A stretch of 64,000 nt of DNA, from the NCBI GenBank assembly GCA_965153285.1, contig OZ229119.1, one strand, 5' to 3'. The stretch comes from Podarcis tiliguerta. Lineage: Eukaryota. The stretch's first letter is position 1, and every line of letters starts with the position of its first letter. Below are positions 53,938 through 62,080 of this stretch, piece by piece. Under the pieces are notes generated by a model. That model ran no database searches, was not told the DNA's origin, and saw only the letters and a list, made by a program, of their open reading frames with translations. A program made the position numbers and the translations under genes.

Positions 53938-54518
53938 TCAAACCTGTAACCAATCCCTAACTCCCTGAGCGATATCGGCCAACCACAAGTCGTTGCCTGC
54001 ATCGGACAGATGCACGCCATCCTCACGGTAAAGCGCCTCAAAGCTGAACCGAATACCCGGGTGGGTGATAACCCGGCCCCCCATAGCCACCACTTTCCGA
54101 GACACTGAGCGCTCCAAAAGCCTCCTGGCCTTGCTGACAGCCACCTGGCTCGTGGCGTCCCGCCACCAACGTCTCTCCAGCAGGGATGACCATATGATAG
54201 TCAGCGTCGGGTGTGAATTCCGCAATTCACCCAGGTCATTAACAATATTCCACATGAGATCGACCCCATTTCTGTAAGCCAAGTCGTTCTCGCCTAGCTG
54301 GACGACGAGCGCTTCTGGTGCGCCCTCCGCTGCAATTTTATTGGACACCGTCGGGAGGAACTCTACCCAACGCATACCCCGACGGGCCACCCAAGTGACT
54401 TCAATCTCGACCTTGCCAGGAGGATGTAAATTGGCCCGCCACCCTGTGGCATACGCCCTCTGTCTGGCCCAGTGTACAATGCTATGACCCACGATCCACA
54501 GGCGTATCGCACCAGCAC
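53938..54518 (-). CDS. SGNH/GDSL-type hydrolase (esterase) ORF
   Basis: Block I WIVGHSI, block II RRGM, block III QLGENDL, block V DGVHL. No ATG upstream of block I; start placed at the splice acceptor. Confidence 0.88.
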
Positions 54519-54601
54519 CTGAAATGATAAAGCAAAAGGAAAACCGGGTAAGGGGGGGGAAGCGTGAGGAAGGAGGAAGGGGAATTAAGAAGGAAGGGGA
54601 A

Positions 54602-55492
54602 TTAACGAGGCTTCCTAATGTATCCCTTATAAGCGTTTGACTTCCAGCGACCGAGATCCATTATACGCTCCGCCGGTAACCCCATGTGCATAGCTATGGT
54701 AGCGGCCCCAATGCGGAAGGAATGCGCGGCAAACTCATCGGATGGGAGCCCTATGGCCGCGATCACCTTGCGCATTACTCTCGTGAACTGCTGCTTGGAA
54801 AGACAAGACCCATCCGCGTGTATAAAGAAAGGTCCCCTGAGTTCTGGCCTCACGAGCAGGTACTTCCTGGCGTCCTTCACTGGGCAGGGACCAGCCCTTT
54901 GCGTCGCTTGCAAGCGGATAGTGGCCCCTTTGCCTAATTGATCGGTCTTAGAGCTGCGTATTTTCAATAAGACCTCACTGTTACCAACAGAGACATCCTC
55001 TAGGCGGAGGCCCTTAAGGGTGCCACCCACATGCTCCTCGCAAACTACCTCACTTATCCGCAGCGCGCCGAAAAAGGCGAAGGAGAATGCTGCTGAAAAT
55101 AGTCTAGCCTCATAAGTAGACCAGCAGATGGCTCTGAGCTTAGCGCGGATCTCAGTGAGCAAGCTCAGGGTTATAGGTCTCCTACCATCCTGGCTAGGAG
55201 GCTGGGCCCTGCGCCAACCCTCGAGCATCTTCCTCACCACGAAATGTGCACATGGGTCAACCGAGAACAGGGTTTTGGAGAAGAATGAGATTGCAGCGGA
55301 TTGGATATTAAGTGTCTTGGGGGCCCGGCCAAGGTCGCGAAGATAAACAAGGTACTCTATGACCTCAGCCTGCGCTGGAGCCCTGCCTATTTTGAACAAC
55401 CCCTTCTTTTGGTGAAATGCTGTGAAGTCCATCCACGCCTTGCTATAGGATCTCAAAGTTGACGGTGCGATAGCAGACAATACTCCCTTCAA
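54602..55492 (-). CDS. Tyrosine recombinase (integrase)
   Basis: APSTLRSY N-terminal domain; catalytic set GALRISE (R), SKTDQ (K), HSFRIG (H-x-x-R), GRWKS (W), YKGYIR (Y). The listed start codon is TTG. Confidence 0.95.
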   Translation of the reverse strand: MKGVLSAIAPSTLRSYSKAWMDFTAFHQKKGLFKIGRAPAQAEVIEYLVYLRDLGRAPKTLNIQSAAISFFSKTLFSVDPCAHFVVRKMLEGWRRAQPPSQDGRRPITLSLLTEIRAKLRAICWSTYEARLFSAAFSFAFFGALRISEVVCEEHVGGTLKGLRLEDVSVGNSEVLLKIRSSKTDQLGKGATIRLQATQRAGPCPVKDARKYLLVRPELRGPFFIHADGSCLSKQQFTRVMRKVIAAIGLPSDEFAAHSFRIGAATIAMHMGLPAERIMDLGRWKSNAYKGYIRKPR

Positions 55493-57285
55493 GGCTTCTC
55501 GCTGCCAATACTCCAGAGGTGCTCCGGAAACGGTTGCGGCTGCTGCTGCGCATCCGGCGCTAACATGCGAAAGCGATCCATCTGGAAGCGAGACAGAGCG
55601 TCCGCGATATTATTATCGACACCAGGTACAAATTTAGCAGAGGCATGCAAGTTTAGCTGAAGGCATGATAGCACGAAAAACCTTAAGAGGGAAGCGACCC
55701 TGGGGGAGCGGGAAGATTGCTTATTCAGGACCGACACCACAGCTTGATTATCAGTCCAGAAGCATACCCTGCGGTTTCTGAAATGATCTGCCCACAAGTG
55801 AATTGCCACCACTATGGGGAAGAATTCAAGGAAGGTTAAGTCCCTGAGTATGGGTTTGCCTTGCCAGTTGGGGGGCCAACGCTGTGCACACCACTGCCCC
55901 CTAAAGTAAACCCCAAAGCCCAAGGAACCTGCAGCGTCTGAGTGTACTTGGAAATCGGTCTGCAGGGCTATGCGATCTTGCCAAAGGGAAATGCCGTTGT
56001 AACCGTCAAGGAAATGAAGCCAGATCTGGAGATCCGCCTTTACTGACTTGGGGAGGCGCACCCTGTGGTGTGGCGATCTCAAACCCGCCGAAAGCTTAGC
56101 TAACCGTCTACAGAAGGGGCGCCCTGGTGAGACCACCCGGCATGCAAAGTTAAGATGACCTAGGAGGGACTGGATTTGCCTAAGGGTGACTTTTCTAAGG
56201 GGTAAAAGCTGAGAAATGATTTCCCTAAGGGTGGCCAATTTATCCGCAGGCAGCCGGGACGCCTGGGCCACAGTGTCGATCTCAATACCCAGGTATGTCA
56301 AGGTGGTGACTGGGCCCTCGGTCTTATCCCCGGCAAGGGGGACGCCCAGTTCTTCAGCCAAGGTCTTGAAGGCCTGTAATAAGGCCGAGCACTCAGGTGC
56401 GCTGCTTGCCACCATAAGGAAATCATCCAGATAATGACTGATCCCACCATTGCCAGTTCTGAATTTAAAGGCCCACTCGATGAAAGAGCTGAAGGCCTCG
56501 AAAGCGGCGCAGGCGATGGAGCATCCCATAGGCATTGCTTTGTCAATGAAGTAAAGATCCATGAATTTGAAACCCAACCAGCGATAGTCCCTTGGATGGA
56601 CTGGGAGGAGGCGGAATGCAGACTCAATGTCGCACTTCGCCAAGAATGCACCCTTACCACATCCCCGAACTAGTTTTACAGCTTGATCAAACGAAGCATA
56701 CTTCACAGTGCATAGCTCCTGAGGTATAGCATCGTTAACTGAGGCTCCCTTGGGATAGGAGAGGTTATGAATCATTCGGAATTCCCCAGGGGCCTTCTTA
56801 GGGACTATGCCCAGCGGCGAGATGTGCAGTTGTTCTACAGGGGGTACCGTGAAAGGGCCTGCAACTCTGCCGGCCGAAATCTCCTTCTGGATCTTTTTTA
56901 GGGCGATGTCCGGCCTCTCGAGTACTGATTTTTGATTCGGGGGGCAGCTAGAGTTGGGGGGAAATGCCACCGGGATTCTAAAACCTTGGGAGAAACCGTT
57001 CTCAAGCAATCGGGCCGCTTGCCTGTCAGGGTAATGTGCTAAAAGAGACCTAAGTGTATGAAGACTAATAGGGGAGGGGGCCAGGTTCAACGACGGGTTG
57101 GTAGCTGAAGTCCATTGTGACAGGTGCTGGGAGGCCTCAGTAGCGGCTCCCCGCTGCGCCACGGGAGGTGTTAGGAGCATTCGCGGGGGTGCCCTGATTA
57201 CCTTGTTGAGGGTGCCCCCTACCCCCCCCGAAAGGGCTGCTGCCTGTTTTTGTAGCATGAAGTGGCCGGGTGACCGCCCAAGCAT
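55489..57285 (-). CDS. Reverse transcriptase / RNase H
   Basis: KCDIESAFRLLPV, MPMGCSIA, YLDDF (RT); SDAAG, FLEFF, TDNQAVV, NNIADALSR (RNase H); 598 aa uninterrupted. Confidence 0.96.
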   Translation of the reverse strand: MLGRSPGHFMLQKQAAALSGGVGGTLNKVIRAPPRMLLTPPVAQRGAATEASQHLSQWTSATNPSLNLAPSPISLHTLRSLLAHYPDRQAARLLENGFSQGFRIPVAFPPNSSCPPNQKSVLERPDIALKKIQKEISAGRVAGPFTVPPVEQLHISPLGIVPKKAPGEFRMIHNLSYPKGASVNDAIPQELCTVKYASFDQAVKLVRGCGKGAFLAKCDIESAFRLLPVHPRDYRWLGFKFMDLYFIDKAMPMGCSIACAAFEAFSSFIEWAFKFRTGNGGISHYLDDFLMVASSAPECSALLQAFKTLAEELGVPLAGDKTEGPVTTLTYLGIEIDTVAQASRLPADKLATLREIISQLLPLRKVTLRQIQSLLGHLNFACRVVSPGRPFCRRLAKLSAGLRSPHHRVRLPKSVKADLQIWLHFLDGYNGISLWQDRIALQTDFQVHSDAAGSLGFGVYFRGQWCAQRWPPNWQGKPILRDLTFLEFFPIVVAIHLWADHFRNRRVCFWTDNQAVVSVLNKQSSRSPRVASLLRFFVLSCLQLNLHASAKFVPGVDNNIADALSRFQMDRFRMLAPDAQQQPQPFPEHLWSIGSEKP

Positions 57286-58634
57286 TTATCACATTCATGC
57301 AGATACTTACAGGCGGTGCGCTGACAGGTGCCCTTGTTATAATCCCAACATTGCTTGCGACGCTTAGGATCCGGCTTACCGACTTTTGCTACATCGTGGG
57401 TTTTCTTTTCGATGTTGGGCCCCACATGCTCCAACCACTGATTGTTGTCCTTCTGATCCCAACGTGTGGACGACAGCTGTGAGGCGTTCCTTCGAAAGTC
57501 CTCGTCATAGGCTATGGCTGCCTCATCACCAGCTAACTCCCGGGCACTTCGCACGTGAGCCAGGTAGGATGCAAGATGCATCCCCCGTTTAGGATAGCCC
57601 CCCAGCACTATCCCCATGAAAACTTGATAACCGTTAAGCCAATTTTCAAAAGTGCGCTCCACCCTGGGGGATCTGTACCTCTTCCTGCCCTGATACCTCC
57701 TCTTCTCTCCTTTACCTTTTGTTTGGACTGGGGGCAGGAGGGAGAACATATCTACGTAATCGCCATTGAGGATTTTATTCCTCTTCCTCTTAGAGAGGTG
57801 ACCACCTATTATGAAATCGGTCGGGGCGTGCGTGGACCTCTTAATGTCCTCCAGGAGGGCCCCGTCTTTCCACTCAAGTGACCCATTAAATTTCTTCCGA
57901 TGGGAGTTGGCCCGCTGCTCGTGCACCCACAAGGGGGCCCCCGTTTCCTCCCCCTCGCCCCAGTAAGTTTCCATGGGAACGTCACTATCGCTATCCGAAG
58001 AAGAAGTACCTGTGGCATCCTCTGAGTCTGAAGTGTCCCTCCTTCTGCTCTTCTTTGCGACGTGCTTCCTCTTGGCTTTTCGCTTACCCCCACTAGATGT
58101 GCGGTCTTGGCGGTCGGGGTCATCCACTGGTTCCGCTGCTTGCTGCGGTGGCAGGTCCTCCTCCGAAGAGGCCACTTCCGATGGACACTGCTGAGGCTCC
58201 TGGAAAACACTAGGCACGCCAATTGCATCCTGGGCCTCCCCCCGAGTAGCAGACCGTGAGGACTTGGGCTTGGCTGCGGAGGCCCTTGCCCTCTGCGGGG
58301 CAGCCTTAGCCCTCTGTGGCGCAGGCCTGTCCTTCTGGGCCCGAGCGGTTTGCAAGCGTGTTTGGGGGCTATTATGGTGGCCTCCACCCTGGTGCGTTGC
58401 ACCCGCTGTGGAGGTAGAGGGCCTAACAAGGTCCTGTTGGCTAGAAGGGGTGTCGGGAATGCAGTCCTGAGATAACTCAACTATGGCTGCAGTAGATGAC
58501 GATTGGGGCCCGCATTGCGCATAAAAATTTTGGATTGCCGAAAAGAGCTGGACTAAAGCTTGAGGGTTACCCTGCGCGGCGGGGAGTAGAGCCCCATTCC
58601 CTGGATTAGACCTGGATGTACCCCTGTTTGCCAT
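57219..58634 (-). CDS. Gag-like ORF1 of the Ngaro-like element (471 aa from first ATG)
   Basis: ATG in strong Kozak context (GCAACATGG); low-complexity N-half; basic NLS-like KRKAKRKHVAKKSRRR; C-terminal Cys/His finger CWDYNKGTCQRTACKYLHECDKCLGGHPATSC. Confidence 0.88.
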   Translation of the reverse strand: MANRGTSRSNPGNGALLPAAQGNPQALVQLFSAIQNFYAQCGPQSSSTAAIVELSQDCIPDTPSSQQDLVRPSTSTAGATHQGGGHHNSPQTRLQTARAQKDRPAPQRAKAAPQRARASAAKPKSSRSATRGEAQDAIGVPSVFQEPQQCPSEVASSEEDLPPQQAAEPVDDPDRQDRTSSGGKRKAKRKHVAKKSRRRDTSDSEDATGTSSSDSDSDVPMETYWGEGEETGAPLWVHEQRANSHRKKFNGSLEWKDGALLEDIKRSTHAPTDFIIGGHLSKRKRNKILNGDYVDMFSLLPPVQTKGKGEKRRYQGRKRYRSPRVERTFENWLNGYQVFMGIVLGGYPKRGMHLASYLAHVRSARELAGDEAAIAYDEDFRRNASQLSSTRWDQKDNNQWLEHVGPNIEKKTHDVAKVGKPDPKRRKQCWDYNKGTCQRTACKYLHECDKCLGGHPATSCYKNRQQPFRGG

Positions 58635-58895
58635 GTTGCCACAATAAGGCACGAACTACGATGAGCAATATAACAAAAGACTAGGTTCTGATCTAGCGGC
58701 AGGCGAATTTGGATCTGATATACCGCTCTAACCCTGCTTCAGTATCGGAGCGCTTAAAATCGTGCAGTAGAAGAGAAGAGTTTGGATTTGATAAATCACT
58801 CTATCACTGCTTCAGAAGGACCAAATTTTGATTCTCACACCCTCTGTTTATTTATTTGTTTATTATTATTATTATTATTAATAATTTTTTTTAAT

Positions 58896-58930
<35 letters not shown>

Positions 58931-60116
58931 TTCTGAATTAATTACCTAGCGTAAATACTGTGTCCTCTTAATACCTATTTATTTATATATATATATGTAT
59001 ATGCAATGCTATTTATTTAAACAATCCTTCTTTTTTTTTTGTATTTATTCATTCATTCATTTATTTATTTATTAGCCAATTTATTTATTTCTGACTCGAC
59101 TATTGCTTATCGCTTGTCAGTAACTTCACTAAGGTGATGTTAGTCTTATTTATTTACCTCTTTATTAACTGGTTTATACGCCAAGTAAGGATGTGGCCCA
59201 ATTATTATTTGCGATTACAAGGGGTGAGAATTAGGCCGGCGCTGCTTTGCCCTCACTAGAAATGGCCGATGCAGCAACAGCGAGGGCGGTCCAAAGATGG
59301 CAGCGCCCCTTGCCCCACTCAAAATGGCTGCCCGACAGCAGTAGGTGCAATCAAAATGGCGGCGCCCTCTGCCACGCTCAAGATGGCCGCCGCGACGGGA
59401 CCACGTGGTCCTGCAGCAAAACGACCGCCCCTAGCACGTCGCCGTAGCAACGGGCAAATCTGTCGGCAGTAAGCACCGCTCCGATAAAGTAAAAGATATA
59501 AAGTTTTTAATTAAAGTCCCTATGTATACGCGGCACCGCGGCACCCGCACGCCCAGGCTACGTTAAAAAGTCCCGAAACCCAGGATGTGTAGGGAAAGGC
59601 TGGCAAGCAGAGACACAGAGTGTCCCTGCAAAATAGTTTCCCGAACGCGGGTAATTTGATCAGCCGAATAAGCGTAGCTAGCGGAATAGTTACTCAAACC
59701 AGGCGAAAGGAACACGGCAAAAGTCCCAGAAGCCCCGGACCGTACCGGGCGCGAGAAGACGCGAGCCCCCCCACGGCACTGCAACTGCACCCCAAAGGAA
59801 GGCGGGTTATAGAAATCCACGTGGGCAGCCGCCCGAGGAAGGTCACAGACGTATGAACAAGCAGGTAAACGCAGGAAAATAAGGTCAGCAAGTTAAGGTC
59901 AGAATAAAGAGGAAAATAACCGGAAATAACCGAAAATAAGAGGAAAACAAAGACGACCTGACGAGCGCGGTAGCAGCTCGTAGCGGGGAGTCCCCAATCT
60001 GTGCTGTGCGATCGCCGCTCCAGGGATGTTCGTGGCAGTTGCGTCCGGGGCGCAGAACGGAGATGTAAAGCAGATCGAGGCAAATAAGAACGAGGCAAGC
60101 TGCGCAAAGAGCTGCT

Positions 60117-60339
60117 AAACGAGCTGCTGCTGAGGAGAGAAAAGGGGCGAGCCGAGGGCTGCCCCGACCTTATATTGACCTAAGGACCGCCCCCCGAGCC
60201 AGCCGATTGGCTGGCCGGGGGAAACCTAAAGTAATTAGGGGAATCCCGGGGAATCCCGCGGGGCTGACTAGCCCCGCGAGAATGTCGTCGTGGGCGCGTG
60301 CCCGCAATCCCACCCCCTCTCCATATCGGGAGTGGCTTT
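60117..60339 (-). repeat. Split direct repeat A1 (223 bp, 5' terminus, promoter)
   Basis: Identical by eye to 53297-53519 (offset 6820). Confidence 0.97.
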
Positions 60340-61045
60340 CTGCACACTCTCTTGCAATGTGCTAAGCTAAAGCAAAAACCAACACGTGATCAGGACAGTT
60401 CTCAGACCATTACGCAGACAAATGTCCAGATATTCTCAGGGACATGGCACACAACAAATGTGTGTTACACAATGCTATGGCTGCTGGATTGTGAAGCTGA
60501 TTGATTGGTAATGGTGAAGAATGATAAGTGTTTGCTCAAAGAAGAGCTAACAACTGGCAATGTTTTCCTGTTCATCTGTAGGAATGGGTCTGAGTTTAAC
60601 ATGAATGTCTATGGCAGTAATAGAATCACAGATTTGGAGAGGGCTTTGTCTGCTATCTATTCCAACCTCTGTCAAAGCAGGAAATCTAGTACTATAGCAT
60701 CTCCAGCAGTTGGGTGTTCAGCCTAGACTTGCAGACCATCAGTGAGGAACACCTCACCACCCTAGGCAATTGGTTCCATAGTTAAGCTATCCTTACCATC
60801 AAGATGTGTCTGCTAATGTTTAAACAAAATCTATCCATGTTATTTTCTTGTATGTGTGTAAAGAAACAGGCACTGCAAATACGTCACAGGACTCCAGAGT
60901 GTTCTTATCCAAAGGAAACTAAGCTGGGGACTTCTTACCATTTGGGGAATGCAGCAGTTGGAGGCACTTGAAGGGGGGGAATGAGACTAGGGATAAAGGA
61001 GCAATGCAATTCAGTTCACATGTAAAGGCAAAACGGCTTAATCGA

Positions 61046-61397
61046 CCATAAATTCTGGTGCATTAGGCGACTGGGTGTATTAGACGACCCCCAAAATTGG
61101 CAGCTGCAGTCTTATAAGCCCAGTAGCCTAATACGCTGGACAGCTCCGTGCTGGGAGAAAGCCGCCCGGCGCTGAGCAGAGCCCGCTGCCCCTGCTGCTG
61201 CTTCCGAAGCAGCAGTGGGTGGGCTCTGTGCCAGGCGGCTCTCTTCTGGTGCGGAGCGGAACCCGCCACCGCTGCAGCCGCTTCAGGGCCGTTGCAGCAG
61301 CAGCGGGGGGAACGCATACCCGGCATATAAGATGACCCCCGACTTTTTAATCTCTTTTCCGGGGTTAAAAAGTCAACTTATACGCCAGAATTTACGG
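61046..61397. mobile_element. Non-autonomous Tc1/mariner/pogo-like DNA transposon
   Basis: TIR CCATAAATTCTGGTGCATTAGGCGACT / AGTCAACTTATACGCCAGAATTTACGG|TA. Confidence 0.75.
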
Positions 61398-62000
61398 TAC
61401 ACTTTCCGAAATAACACACCAGCTGATACATAGCTATCCTTTGAAATTCACACGACTCCAATGCATTTGTCCAGTCCAGTCCAGTCATGTGCACAAAAAT
61501 GCACAAAAAAACCATAGAACTGCAAGTATTAGTGAAAGTAACGTACAAAAACGAATTATTCTAAGGAAAATTGTTTTGCAGAAACATGTGTAATTAGGCA
61601 AAATTGCATACAAATATGTATTGAGAGAAATCCGCACTAAAACGCTGGTGGTGTTTCATGAGGACTTTTTTTTTAAAAAATCCACCACTGACTGCAGTGA
61701 GCATCCCATTGGGATAGGTACCAGTCTTTGATCGGGACGCTGCTAATGTGTGTGCCCAGTTGCACCCACTCAGGAGTGTGCAAAATTGCTGTCTGGATTT
61801 TCGTCCTCTGAAAGGAAACTTTGTAGCGCTAAAACTTTGATGGGTTCAAGTGGTTAAATATTTGTTATATTGAACAAACACACTGAAGGGAGCTGTCATG
61901 TGGTGTTAATACGAACTCTGTTGGATGAAAAATAAGACCTAGCTATACTTACACTCTGTTGAACCAGGTGGTCTCTTTCCTCCAAGCATGGGGATTTTAA

Positions 62001-62013
62001 CTCTCTCTCTCTC

Positions 62014-62078
<65 letters not shown>
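62001..62078. repeat. Compound (CT)n(CA)n microsatellite
   Basis: Direct reading. Confidence 0.95.

Positions 62079-62080
<2 letters not shown>

Larger units (their letters stand above)
52742..60339 (-). mobile_element. Full-length Ngaro-like (DIRS order) tyrosine-recombinase retrotransposon with split direct repeats
   Basis: A1-ORFs-B1-A2-B2 repeat layout; uninterrupted gag, RT/RNaseH, YR and SGNH ORFs; CpG-rich relative to the flanks; no TSD. Confidence 0.96.

Noticed and set aside
57809-58480. 223-aa ORF overlapping gag in another frame
   Set aside because: Explained by GC-rich, low-complexity gag sequence; no domain.
59694-60107. 137-aa minus-strand leader ORF with a hydrophobic stretch (env-like?)
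   Set aside because: TTG start; hydrophobicity follows from T-rich sequence; no signal peptide, furin site or fusion motifs.
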